This document shows, in pieces, positions 23,601 through 41,420 of a DNA stretch of 64,000 nucleotides. The stretch lies in the NCBI GenBank assembly GCA_002269645.1, contig NIVC01001354.1, forward strand, positions 1 through 64,000, in the 5' to 3' direction. The notes below the pieces were generated by a model that was not told where the DNA came from, searched no databases, and saw only the letters and a program-made list of their open reading frames with translations. Every line of letters begins with the position of its first letter. Position 1 is the stretch's first letter. The translations under genes and the position numbers were made by a program. This DNA is from Macrostomum lignano (Eukaryota).

Positions 23601-26600
23601 ATGCGACAGCTTATGTTGTTGTTAATGTTTTCTTTTTTCTCGCACCGCGCATACGTACTGAGGAGTATTAGTAGTATGTGGAGTAACATACCGTATTTTT
23701 GCTCACCATTGCAAATGACAAAATATTTAAGTTCAGCATAGAAATGACGGTTTGTAATCCATTTGAATTATTGCCACTCCGCGCTGGTCTGAAGAACCGA
23801 GCCTAATCGCCTGTCCTGCTCTCAACCATTTCAGAGACGACCACGACGTCAACAACAACCACAACAACCACAACAACTACAACACCGACAACAACCACAA
23901 CAACTACAACACCGACAACAACCACAACAACTACAACACCGACAACAACCACAACAACTACAACACCGACAACAACCACAACAACTACAACACCGACAAC
24001 AACCACAACACCGACAACAACCACAACACGACAACACCGACAACAACACAACACCGACAACAACCACAACACCGACAACAGAATATGGCACATTGACAAC
24101 AGTAACAACAACAACAACAGACACCAGCACAACAATAGACACCACAATAGTCACAACAACGCCAAACACTACTACAGTAGAGTTTAACACAGAAACTCTG
24201 AGCCACACAACAACAGACGCAACAGCAGGCACAACAACAGACACAACAGCAGGCACAACAACAGACGCAACAACAGGCACAACCACCATCACGCAGACGA
24301 CCACGTTCGTGCCGCTGACAACTTCCGAGTCTGCAACCGGTGCTACTACCAGTACTACAGCTAGCATAAGCTCGACAGCGACTTCCATTCCTTTGACCTC
24401 TTCCGCAGATACCACCACAGTCAGCACGGTGCCGCCGACCACCACTCCGTACATCCCGAAGCGAGCGTTCCCGCCAGTCAGGGAGAATCGCTACCGTGAG
24501 TGCTGAACCTGATTCTGTGGCCTTTACAACTTCTATTTCAAACTAGCTATCAAATGGTCGACGAAATTGAGAATTTGCTCTTTATGAATCTGAAATTGGT
24601 ATTAACTAATTAATAACCCAGCGTCAGTGACTAAATATAAGTTACTATGCAAGCAGGGGTTGTAGCTTAATGGTTAGAGCGTCGGAATCACGACTGAAAG
24701 GTCGTGGCTTCGATTCTCGACCTGGTCGGAACAGGACAAGACACTTAACTCTGCATTGCAGGTTGCACATCTGCCATTAGGGCAGGTGTCTCCAGGTGTA
24801 AACTGGTTACGGGTCTCCGATATGACGAATTTGAAATCACAGCCCATTCCCATGCACAAACGCATTTCAGGCATCAATTACTGGGCAACTTGCAACCACT
24901 ACTGGCAGTTCAACAGCGACAAGAAGTTTTACGACAACGGCGCCTCAAATACCTTCGTTCGCGAGCAGGTTAAAAAGAGGCGGAAGTCCTTCAATGACAA
25001 ATGCAATAACTCAATGACTGGCACGGCCTCAGGACTTGACACCAGCTGCTGCGTTGACTGCCCGGACGAAGACCTGACCGTGAACGTGCCCGGCTTCACC
25101 GAAGCTGACAACATCACTAACGCCCTCAACGGCGAGCTGTCATTCAAAGTGAGCCTGGAAACCGGCCTGGACGCCTCCGACAGCAAGGCGGTGAAGTGCG
25201 TCGGAACCAGCGACACCTGCATCACTCTGGGCAAGCTCGTCAATGACGCGCCGTACGGCCGCGCCTGCCTGCAGGAGCCGGAGAAATGCGACTATGGCCT
25301 GAGCGCCTCCGTTTGGGTGAACTTCACCTACGATACAGTGCTGAAGGAGGTCCTGCTGTCCACGCGTGAGCTCATAACTGGCCTTACTTCATGACTGGAA
25401 CGGAGTATGTACATGCCTGACAATGAGAATGGCATGAGTGTGTACATGCCTGACAATGAGAATGGCATGAGTGTGTACATGTCTGACAATGAGAATGGCA
25501 TGAGTGTGTACATGTCTGACAATGGGAATGGCATGAGTGTGTACATGTCTGACAATGAGAATGGCATGAGTGTGTACATGTCTGACAATGGGAATGGCAT
25601 GAGTGTGTACATGTCTGACAATGAGAAAGGTCCTGGAGCTCTGATCACAGTTCTAAGCATTATTCGCGCCCCACCGCAGTGTCTGACAGCGGCCAGGGCT
25701 TCCAGTTCTATGTCGAGCTCGGCAAGCTGACAGTCCTGGTGGTCGGCGCCAAGGGCCGCTGGATCGCCAGTGTCGACAATTTCGACATGAAAGTCTTTAA
25801 ATGGCGCCTCCTCGGCTTCACCTGGGAGAGATCCACCGGCATCATTCAGGTGAGATTCTGTGCCTGCATTGTGCAAAATTCTGTGATTTTCGAACGCAAA
25901 AATCTAGCGACATCATCTGCCCTCAATCATTTCAGATCTACATCGACAGCGATGTCAGAACATTCTACTATTCAGCGACCTACTCAGAGCCCAACGCGCA
26001 GGGCCCCGCGGCCACGGACATTGTGATGGGCTGCGAGCTGACCCCGACCGGCAGCAAGAGCTTCTTGAAGGCCATCGTCATCCACCCGGCCATCTGGCTG
26101 TGGCCAATCCAGCAGGAGAATCTCATCCTGCTGACCGGAGCTCTCGGTGAGCTGATGTAGAGACTAGATCCGCAGAGACTAGATCCACAGAGACTAGATC
26201 CGCAGAGACTAGATCCGTAGATACTAGATCCGCAGAGACTAGATCCATAGAGACTAGATCCGCAGAGACTAGATCCGCAGAGATTAGATCCACAGAGACT
26301 AGATCCGCAGAAACTAGATCCGCAGAGACTAGATCCGCAGACACTAGATCCGCAGAAACTAGATCCGCAGAGACTAGATCCGCAGAGACTAGATCCATAG
26401 AGACTAGATCCGCAGAGACTAGATCCGTAGATACTAGATCCGCAGAGACTAGATCCATAGAGACTAGATCCGCAGAGACTAGATCCGCATAGATTAGATC
26501 CACAGAGACTAGATCCGCAGAAACTAGATCCGCAGAGACTAGATCCGCAGAAACTAGATCCGCAGAAACTAGATCCGCAGAGACTAGATCCGCAGAGACT

Positions 26601-29600
26601 AGATCCATAGAGACTAGATCCGCAGAGACTAGATCCGCAGAGATTAGATCCACAGAGACTAGATCCGCAGACACTAGATTCGCAGAGACTAGATCCGCAG
26701 AGACTAGATCCGCAGAGACTAGATCCGTAGAGACTAGATCTACAGAGACTAGATCCGGAGAGAGACTAGATCCGCAGAGACTAGATCCGCAGAGACTAGA
26801 TCCGTAGAGACTAGATCCGCAGAGACTAGATCCGCAGAAACTAGATCCGTAGAGACTAGATCTACAGAGACTAGATCCGGAGAGAGACTAGATCCGCAGA
26901 GACTAGATCCGCAGAGATCAGATCCGTAGAGACTAGATCCGCAGAGACTAGATCCGCAGAGACCAGATCCGTAGAGACTAGATCCGCAGAGACTAGATCC
27001 GCAGAGACTAGATCCGCAGAGACTAGATCCGCAAGGATAATACGCATCGCCACCCCCGCCGCCTCCGCCACCAGTGTACAAGCTGATCAAGTACCAGGCC
27101 CCGGCCACGACCGCCGTGCCGACCACCGCGCCGACGCCGGCCTTCCCCTACTCCAGCATCCTCAAGGAGGCCCGGCTGGACGCCGGCGACCCGAACCCGT
27201 TCTACGCCATGGCCGACTACTACCTGAGAGGCTACGATCTCCAAGGCAACGTGTCCGCAGCAGTCAACAACATCACCGTGACGGAGGAGAACAGCCGCAA
27301 CAGCACGGGACTCGCGCACTTCAAATTCACCAGCACGCCGGCCATGTTCACAATCAGCGGCTTCGACACCGTGTGCCTCGGCAACAACGCCAGCTGCACG
27401 AATGGCGGCATCTCGATGTCCATGTGGATCGGGCCGTTCCAGCAGCTGCCGACCATCATCATGGAGGTGATTCGATTCAACGTCATCTCCGTGACGGTGT
27501 GCAACAGCAGCAGCGGCGACGTGACCCTGCGCGTTCAGGCGGGCGCTCGGCAGATCACCGCGCGCATCAAGTTCAAGCAGTGGACAAACATCGGCATCGT
27601 GTACGACACGCGCGGCTCTATCCCGGTGCTGACTGGCTACGTGAACGGCATCAACGTCGGCAGCACGACAGAGTTCACCGGCAGCCCGCTTGATACTCAC
27701 CTGGGAAAGGTGACTCTGGGCTCGAGCACCGCTCCGATCGGCGTCCTGTTCAACGACCTGGCCGTCTGGTACCACCCGCTAGAAGACTTTGAGGCGCACA
27801 GGTTCCTTGGCTACACCCGTGACCAGCTCAGGCACATCCGGGAGTCCACCTTCTACTGGACCACCGACGAATTCGTGCTGGCGGACGGCATCGCCTTGAA
27901 CGGGCCGTCGAACTACCGCCTGAAGTCGCAGTACCGCCTGAACTCGGCCGGCATCATCGGCAGCGCCATCAAGTTCGAGCCGGACCGCTACAACAAGTCA
28001 ATGGCCACCAGGCTGGACGGAAACTGGCACGGCCAGATCTTCCTGGGCAACGAGTTCGCCAAGACCCCACGGAGAAGAGCATCATGTGGTACGGAGAATG
28101 CATCACGGATCCCTACCAGCGCCAGTGCCAGATCAGCGGCCTGTCCATGCACATGTGGATCAACATCAAGTCGATTGACCCAATCAAAAAGCAGTTCTTC
28201 TTCTCGTCCGGAGATCTCGGCGATGCCCGGTCGTCCACGCTGGATTCGCGCGGGATCAGCCTGTTCACCACCGGGAACCTGCTCGGAGTTTCTCTCTCCA
28301 CCGACAGAAACGACTGGGCCATCGTGATTGACAGCAACAGGTACGACCTCAACGAGTGGTTCAACATCGGTTTCACCTGGCGCGAGCAGGAGGGCATGCG
28401 GCTCTTCCTCAACGGAACCGACTACGGAATCAAGAACCTGCACCCCGACGTGAGCTACAAGGCGTACGACAAGCACACCCGGGCGGTGATCGGCAGGTTT
28501 GACGACGATCAGAACAGCACCTGGAAGTCCAACTCGGAGTGGGTGATGGGAAATTTCGCCTTCAGCGACGTTGTGTTCTACGACAAGTGGATGAGTCCGG
28601 AGGAGTTCGCCCGTCGGTGGGCAGCATCAATAACAGGTACTACGCTTCCGCCGACCTGTTGGTCTACGGCGAAGACGTCATCGACACGGACTTCCCGCTG
28701 ATGAAGCAGGCGTGGCTGTACGGAGTTCCCATCGGGCCGAACGGCTTCGTCAGCAGCTACTCGGGCTACGCCATGATCAACACCAACGGCGAGGTCGGAG
28801 TGAAGGCCTACAAGGCTAACGAGTGTCCGCGAAGCCTCAGCGACTGCAAATTCCAGGTGCTGCTCAGCACTTGGATCCAAGTGCGCAGCAAGGCCAACGA
28901 CACGTCCTTCACTGTGCTGTCACTGGGCAGCGAGAGCGACAGTAAGGAGGGCTTCGGCCTGAGCATCGCCAGCGACAATACTCTACGCGCCTGGGTCAAG
29001 CGGTCCGGCCAGAGCTACAAAATGGTCACGAAGTCGGGCGTAAAGGTGCGCTTGAACCGCTGGCTGAACCTGGGCCTGCTGCTGAACAAGAACACCTTCT
29101 ACCCGACCATCTTTCTGAATGGCACAAACGTGAGCATGAGCTTGGAGTACACCAGCGTGAACCCAGCAGTGTCTGACAACACCGCTCCCGGAACCCTGAA
29201 GCTGGGCGCGAATAACGCTGAAGCGACCTCGTCGGGCTCCTTCCTGGCTTACATAGTGAGCGGCTGGTACGGCGCCACGGTGCTGAAGAACCACATGAAC
29301 CAGATGCTGGGCATCCAATCCAGCCAGTACGAGCTCATTGGCATGTCCGATGAATTCTGGACCGTCTCCGGCCTGTGGAACTCGCTGCAGCCGCGACCAT
29401 TGCAGGGCGTCAACGTGCAGTTGGACAATGACAAGTACGACATGGAGAGCGGCGCGATGTGCACCACCGGCTCGGGCGGCTCCTACATCTCTTTGGGTGA
29501 CCTGCAAGACTCCTGCCTGCAGAACACTGCTCCCTGCAAAGCCTACATTCTGACCATTAACTTTAAGCCAAGGATGCCGACAACACCAGGCAGGAAGTAC

Positions 29601-32600
29601 GTGTTCAGCTCTGGCGGGCAAAACGCTGGCCACCTCGGCACAGCGATCTCCATTAGCAGCGAGGGCTTCCTCATCGCCACTGTCCGCAGTGCAAACAAGA
29701 CCTGCGAGGCGATGGTCCCGTTCAACTACACAGAATGGATCCAGCTCCAGGTGCGATGGTACAGCGAGGCGGCCATCGCGATCAAGGTGAATGAGGAGAC
29801 CATCTCCAGTCGGGTGGGCGCCAACTCCACCTGCTGGCAGGAGTGGAACGACAATGCCACCTTTTCCGACGGACAACTCGGCAAGGTGAACAACAACGTC
29901 ACAAACGCTCTCTCCGCCTGCTTCAGTGAAGTCATGTTCATGTACCAGTTGCTGGGCAGCTCCGGCTCTCTAGACTTGAACGTCGGCCCGGCGAACTGCT
30001 ACGAGCAGCAGACGGTGCATGTCCCGCTGTACTCAGCCGGACAGACCAACTACGCCAACAAGCCGAACCAAAGTCGGCTCTTCAGCCAGAAGGAAAGCGT
30101 CGACATCGGCACGGACGCGTGCTTCTTCACCGCCGCCGGCTGCCCGGAGGGCGTTGTGCTCTCCTTCTGGCTCAAGGTGGCGAGCGGTCTGAGCGTCAAC
30201 ACCGAAGTCGAGGTGTTCAACACCGGCTTCGATGCCGCGCAGGGCGTGCAGGTTAAAATCATGAAGGACGACAACAAAGGTTTCATCATTGTGGCAGATG
30301 CCAACCTCAATGGCAAGTCCCGCCGCGTCGAGGGCAGCAAGCACCATGACCAAGTCGCATTCGACACGTGGGTGAATGTCGCGATCAGCGTGGGCTCCGA
30401 CGCCATCGAGCTGTACCAGAACGGCATTCGCGTCAGGGCTGCGACCAAGTTCAGCGCCCGCGACCTGCCCCTCCCGACTGGCTCCACAGTCAGCTTTGGC
30501 AGCCCGTCGGTCCAGATTGTGGCGAGCGATCTGGTGATCTGGAACGAGTCGCCGCTGAACTGTCTGGACCCGAACAAAAACAGGAAGCTGATCACCGGCG
30601 ACTGCTCAACGCCGACAGCCACACTGGAGGCCAGCTGCATGCCCGAAAACGCCAGCTCCTGCATGTCGGCCATCGAGAACAACATGTGCCTGGACCCGCG
30701 CTTCGACAACGTCGCCGTCATTGACCTGAGCGGCCAGCTGTTCTCTAGCTTGACTGAGACCGAAACAGCCTGCGGAGTGATCTACAACACGGCTAAGACC
30801 AAAGGCGTGTCCCAGGGATTCATCCAGTCTTCGCTCAACATCCTGACCCGCGTCTGCGACAACCTGGTCATTCCCAGCACGGTGGACAACGACACCTTGT
30901 TGGCTACGGTCAAGGAGTTCAGCCGCGCGTTCAGCGCCGTCCTGGACCCCAAATTCACCGACAGCTACCGCGGCCTGGTGGACAAGGGCGCAATCAACCC
31001 GGCGACGATCTTCGCTTCCATTGAAAATTTCGCCATACGGCTAGCTGGCAACGTGAAAACCGATTGCTCGCCCGTGTTGCTGACGGAGGGCGGGATGCAC
31101 TGGAGCACGCAGAAGATCGGGCCCGGCTGCTCAGGCAAGGAGAACAACCGGATCGGCTACTACGACAAGACGCACAAAAACTGGAAGAAGACCAAGGACG
31201 CGGTGCACATCCCGAACTTCCTGGCTTCATCGTCGGTCTCCGACTTCCTGATGGTCTGCGTCGTTTACGACGGCGTTGAAAATTTGCTCTCGTACTCGGC
31301 TACCAACGAAACGACCTACTCGAACATCGTCAACAGCACCATCGAGCTGAAGGTGAACAGCCGCGTCATGTCTCTATGGCTCAGCCTGCCGGTGTCGCCC
31401 AAGCCGGTGAACTTCACCCTCATGCTGCTGGACCCGAACCTCAAGAAGAAGGAGGGCACCTTGAAGTACGAGACACGCTGCGCCTTCTGGCACCCGACTG
31501 AGAACAAGTGGTCCACCGAGGGCTGCTACAAGGACTCCGAGGACGAGGACTCGGTGAATTGTCGCTGCGACCACATGACCAGCTTCGCCATCCTCATGCA
31601 GCCCGTGCCGCAGGCTGAGGACAACATCCACGCCAGGATCCTCAGCATCCTGACCTACATCCTCATCATCTTGTCGCTCATCTGCCTGCTCATCTTCATC
31701 ATTGTGATTGCCTGCAGTAAGAGGCTGCGCGGCGAGCGCTACATCATCCATCTGAACCTGGCGGGCGCCCTGTTCGTGGCCCAGCTGGCCTTCCTGTTCA
31801 CGCAGATCGCGCGCGACAACGCGGACTTCTGCAAGGCGATCGCCATCATCATGCACCTGTTCTTCGTGGCCACCTTCGCCATGCTGTTCATCGAGTCGCT
31901 CTGGGTGTTCTACGCCGTCACCAAGGGCATCATCCGCGGCCGCCTAAAGTGGTGGCTGCCCGTGGCCTGGCTCATTCCCGTGGTCATCGTCGGCATCGTC
32001 GGAGGCATCAACAGCGGCGCCTACGGCGGCCCCCACTGCTGGATCACCGGCGTCTACATCTGGGCCTTCCTGGGCCCGCTCGTGGCCTTCGGCTGCCTGT
32101 CGCTGCTCGTCTGCCTGATCGTGGTCTGCAACCTGAGCGAGCCGGCCATCAAGCGGAAAGATATCCTGAACGACCTGCGCAATCACACGCACCAGTGCGC
32201 CTTCCTCATCCCGCTGATGATCATCGCCTGGCTGTTCGGCATCCTGCTGGTGCAGTGGTACAACATCCCCATAGAGTACTTCTTCGTCATCTTCAACGCC
32301 TCCCAGGGCATCTGGGTGTTCGTCTGCTTCGGCCTGTTCAACCCGGACTTCAGGGAGGTCATCTGCCTGCGCCGCAGCCGCTCCAGCGTGGCCTCGTCCT
32401 CTGTCAGCATCACCGGAGTTCAGGACATCGTAAGCGCCATCATACCACTCTAGCCACTAGAGCATTTAGCTTCAAAGAGACTCCAGTGACAACCTCTCAC
32501 AGTCAGATTAGTACATGTACTTGAGTTCACTAACTAAAATAACTAAATTTCTGCCCGCAACGCCCACCTGCAGAACTCCAGCAAGACCAGCTTCGAGACC

Positions 32601-32903
32601 GGCAGCCAGGTGGCCATCGTGCCCAAGAGCGCCTCCTCGCCGAAGCAGAAGGGGAAGAAGCCGCAAGAGCAGCAGCAGCAGCAGCAGCAGCCCAGCGCCC
32701 CGGTCTATTACTCCGGCAAGCCGAAGAAGCAGCAGCGGGACTCGGACGATGAAGAAGAGACCTCGAACAGCCGCGCCCGCCTGCAGGCCGGCTCCGCCCG
32801 CTCCCTGCGCAGCAGCAGCGCCAACCTGGGCGTGGAGACGGAGGCGGACAGGCCGGGCACGCCGCGGACTGAGAAGTTCACGCCGCCTGGCACCGTGGAG
32901 TGA
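23601..32903 (+). CDS. Adhesion GPCR, right copy; exons 23601-23673 (tentative), 23835-24495, 24871-25365, 25680-25849, 25936-26146, 27075-32429, 32574-32903; frameshifted as assembled
   Basis: Mirror of the left copy. Single-base deletions at 28065-28068 (C4 vs C5) and ~28613 (G vs GG) split the 1,785-codon exon into ORFs 27074, 28084 and 28539. Two 1-bp losses occur in the Thr repeat (~24,030-24,050). Confidence 0.88.
24656..24760 (+). mobile_element. tRNA-derived SINE-like element in an aGPCR intron (right copy)
   Basis: A box TAGCTTAATGGTT and B-box-like GCTTCGATTC, with an imperfect cloverleaf and no proper acceptor stem. It is followed by GACAAGACACTTAACTC, which resembles the CORE-SINE motif GGCAAGTCACTTAACC. 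The 3' limit is uncertain. Confidence 0.65.
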
Positions 32904-33222
32904 GCAGCTTGAGCACCGAACTCGGCCGGGATTGGGGGGCTGGCTGGCTTGAAATATCGAACAGAAACTCATCAAGGATGTTGTTTGTTTATTGAAAATC
33001 GATCGCACAATAGCCGAGTTGGTTTTAATTTTGAGCAGCCGCCAATCCCGGTCAATAAAGACCGACAAACATGAACTCTGTTTCTGTGTGTGTGACTCGC
33101 TGTGTCCCTGCTGTCATTAAATCTCTGACTGATCCGTGTTTTTTCTCTGACATTCATTTTGTGACAAAGTGAATTTTCGCTTATTTTTTAAACCAGTTAT
33201 ACAATATTAATAATAAATGTTC

Positions 33223-33259
<37 letters not shown>

Positions 33260-35451
33260 CTCTGTCTGCTTTTTGTTCCTACTTTGTGAGCCTCGCAAAG
33301 TAACAAACCGTTTGCGCATGGGAATTTATTTTTACTACTAGCACCTTTTCACCTGTCAATTAGATGTACGAAACCCCCACTTCTATCCGAGACCCTGAGA
33401 AATTTACTAATCAACTTTCTTTTCTTATTTTTGTTCGTCAAAACTTTCTGAAATCTCCGATGCGATCGTAAAACACATTATCCTGCCCCCAATGCGAGCC
33501 TCGTCTGTGTGAAAGTGTCCTAAAGAATAAAAAATTTATATTTCAAAAATATACATATATAATATTCCACTGATACATTAGATTGACAACCTATGTTTCT
33601 ACAAATAAAAATATGTATTTTTAGTTTATGATTTGCTCATGCTTTCCGAAACGAATATCTCATTCCCCCTGTCTCCTTCTCACCCTGTCTCCTTCTCACC
33701 CTGTCTCCTTCTCACCCTGTCTCCTTCTCACCGTGTCTCCTTCTCACCCTGTCTCCTTCTCACCCTGTCTCCTTTCTCACCCTGTCTCCTTTCTCATCTT
33801 GTCTCCTTCTCACCCTGTCTCCTTCTCACCATGTCTCCTTCTCACCCGGTCTCCTTCTCACCCGGTCTCCTTTCTCACCCTGTCTCCTTTCCCACCCTGT
33901 CTCCTTTCTCACCGTGTCTCCTTCTCATCTTGTCTCCTTCTCACCCTGTCTCCTTCTCACCCTGTCTCCTTTCTCACCCTGTCTCCTTTCTCACCCTGTC
34001 TCCTTCTCATCTTGTCTCCTTCTCACCCGGTCTCCTTCTCACCCGGTCTCCTTTCTCACCGTGTCTCCTTTCTCACCGTGTCTCCTTCTCACCCTGTCTC
34101 CTTTCTCACCCTGTCTCCTTCTCATCTTGTCTCCTTCTCACCCTGTCTCCTTCTCACCCTGTCTCCTTTCCCACCCTGTCTCCTTCTCACCGTGTCTCCT
34201 TCTCACCCTGTCTCCTTCTCACCCTGTCTCCTTTCTCACCCTGTCTCCTTCTCACCCTGTCTCTTTCTTACTACCGTGAGACTTTCTACTTTCTCTCCCC
34301 TCATTCCCATCTTGCTCTCACCTCTATCCCTTTCTCCCCTGCCTCGGTCTCCGCTATCACAGTCAATAAACTGTCAAAATTCCCGTCGCGGTAAAAATCG
34401 CCACACTCCCGAAAACTTCACTCATATTTCTAATAAGTTTACAAAACTTATTTCGAGTTCAACAGAAGCATTTAACTTATAGTCACTTTTTTGCTTCCAA
34501 CCCTACAAAGAATTGCATTTCAGAGAACTGCTACTTTTGGGGTTGTTCTTGCATCCAGAAAACTTGGGTTGCAGAACTTGCAGTAAAAATTTTGAAGGAA
34601 AATATTTTCGTTTTTTGCTTTTGGCGAATTGTGAGATGATGAGAGCAAGGGATGAGGAGACTGGGTGTGAAGGAGACAAGGGGAGGAGTAGACAGATGAG
34701 GAGACAAGGTAGAGGAGACAACGGGTGAAGGAGAGAAGGGAGAGGGGATAAGGAGACAGGGTGAGGAGACAGGGTGAGGAGACAGGTAAAGAGACAGACA
34801 GGGTGAGGAGACAGGGTAAAAGACAGATGAGCAGGCAGTGTGACCAGACAGGTTTAGATGGTAGGCTAGGGCAAGCAAGGCAGGAGGCAGAGATGGCCTG
34901 AGGACGGGCGCTCCGAGGCCCCTGAGAGCTGGGAAACTTTTCAAGCGGACAAAGCCAGGCCAAAATGGAAGCACAGAGATGCGCCAATACTGAAGAGTGG
35001 CAGGGCGCGCACTGAATTGAAAACTCAGCACAATGGCAGGCGGTCGCACGCACAGTCTGGCTATTTTGTACACATTTTGCTTTCGCGAGCTCTATATGTG
35101 ACAAATAGCAGGCAGGCAGATGCCAAGTGCAGTTTCTCTGCCCGTATCGGTGGGCCGTGGCCAATGTACAAGCGGGGGGCTGGCTTAAAAACTGTGTTAG
35201 ACTTGGTTATAGAAGTCTACATGCACATTTGCTTCATACTATTTTATACGACAGTTATATTTTCCATTCCTCGTGTACTTCCTAATACTGACAATTAATA
35301 TGTTTATAAGGCATGAATAAAATCAATGCGAAACTTCAATGCCCAGTTCTTCATCGAGAGGGCTTTGCTGCCATAGACATAGGCTAGAGGAAGCGGTTCC
35401 ACCGTTCGCGAGTGCATCGTCTTGAGTTGAGTGCTCAGCTGGCAAGGCGTG

Positions 35452-39905
<4,454 letters not shown>

Positions 39906-40075
39906 AGGAGAGAAGGCTGAACTTATGTGAATTGAAGTTAACAATTTTAATACGCCTTTTATGACTGAGTTGCGTGCAGCATGAATTTGTAGGCATACAG
40001 GCATTTTCGGCTAAATTTCATGCCCTCATTGCGTATAATACATCAAATAGCCTACTCTGACACGCCCCACAGAGC

Positions 40076-40147
40076 GGCTCAGTGGTCTAGGGGTATGATA
40101 CTCGCTTAGGGTGCGAGTGGTCCCGGGTTCAAATCCCGGCTGAGCCC
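40076..40147 (+). tRNA. trnP-AGG: tRNA-Pro, anticodon AGG
   Basis: Acceptor stem GGCTCAG/CTGAGCC, anticodon arm CTCGC-TTAGGGT-GCGAG and T arm CCGGG-TTCAAAT-CCCGG. Closely matches canonical eukaryotic tRNA-Pro, with compensatory stem changes. Confidence 0.96.
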
Positions 40148-40151
40148 AAAC

Positions 40152-40157
40152 TTTTTT
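40152..40157 (+). terminator. Pol III terminator (T6) of tRNA-Pro
   Basis: TTTTTT 4 bp after the tRNA 3' end. Confidence 0.8.
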
Positions 40158-41102
40158 CGTGCAAATAATTTTTTTGTTTCCTTCTCCACGTCGCTTCAAT
40201 TAACTTTTTGATCAATTGTTACATTACAAGAATTATTAATAAAACTACGGTATCTCTTTCTGTAAAAATCATTACGCAATGCAAAATCAAGCCTTTTGTT
40301 TAATTTTTAAAACTTGTTTGACTCAACTACTAGCAGTAGAAAAACGATCATTTCGTTAAAATTCTTTCTAATTCATACAATTAAATGTGGTGTTTTGATA
40401 TGTATGCCTAAAAAAGGTATCAAACCGGACCGGTAAACAAGCCGATCGATGGGCCTTAAAGGTGTGATTTGATTATAATATTACATTGCGATATCGATCT
40501 TAAGTAACATGATTTTTCGCCTTTGAAAAAGAATGAACGGTTTTTCTCGTGCTTTAAAAGTTTTTAAATTATTTGTTAAAAATAAAATAAATCAATATTA
40601 AAAATTCAAACTGCCGCCAAGAACCTAGGATGCGTTCGAAATTGTAAATCTAAATCGTACTTATCTAGCGAAAAAAACTGGTTAGTTAAAAAACTGTAAA
40701 ATAACAAAATATACTTCTACTAGACAAATTAAATCATAAATAATGGATAATACCCATGGTATCTCATACAGGAAGAGCAATACATACTATAAATATAAAG
40801 TATATCAGGTTTCCCAAAAATGCTATAGCTCGTATTATAAATGAACTCCAGTTCGGTACTCCTACGCCCTGATCTCCAGCTGCGCAACATGCCGACCGAA
40901 AACTGCATTCGATTCGGTAAGCTTTTTGGAACACCCGTTGCACACCAAGCAATCAAGTTGTCTTTTTTATTGATTAATTGATTATATTGTGGTTTAGTTC
41001 CCAATGAATCAAGTAGAGATTTATTTATATAGCTATAGTTTTAGTTCCAGTCACAGTTCCAGCTGGTAGAACTAATTTCCTAAACAGAATTGACCACCGG
41101 AC

Positions 41103-41420
41103 TCAGGCGTGCTGCTTCACTCGCCTCACAATCCCGTCGTAGTCGGCGCCCTTGAGCTCGTCGACCTCCTTGCCGTCCTTGTAGAACTTGAACGTCGGCA
41201 TGCATTCGATGCCGGCGGCCGACGCCGCGTCAGCATTCTCGTCGACGTCGACCTTGGCGAACAAGACGCTGGGCGTGTCGGTGGCGAGCTGCTCGAACTT
41301 CGGGGCGATCATGCGGCAGGGGCCGCACCAGCTGGCGGTGAAGTCAATCACCACCAGCTTGCCCTGCGAACCGGTCAGCAGGTTGTCGAAGTCGGCTCTC
41401 GTTTTCAGAAAATTCACCAT
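41103..41420 (-). CDS. TXN: Thioredoxin (cytosolic Trx1 type), 105 aa, single coding exon
   Basis: WCGPC active site, VVIDFTA, KVDVDE and CMPTFKFYKDG motifs. ATG in context ttcaaaATGG at 41420. The frame is also open upstream to 41639. Confidence 0.95.
   Translation of the reverse strand: MVNFLKTRADFDNLLTGSQGKLVVIDFTASWCGPCRMIAPKFEQLATDTPSVLFAKVDVDENADAASAAGIECMPTFKFYKDGKEVDELKGADYDGIVRRVKQHA

Noticed and set aside
25366-25410. Possible shared frameshift near the stop at 25,392-94 with a GTATGT donor at 25,405
   Set aside because: An upstream GTGAGC donor at 25,366 is phase-compatible with the next exon, so no frameshift is needed.
32880-32903. Idea that the aGPCR C-terminus binds the neighbouring ZO-1 PDZ domains
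   Set aside because: The predicted C-terminus is -PGTVE, which lacks the terminal hydrophobic residue of a PDZ-binding motif.
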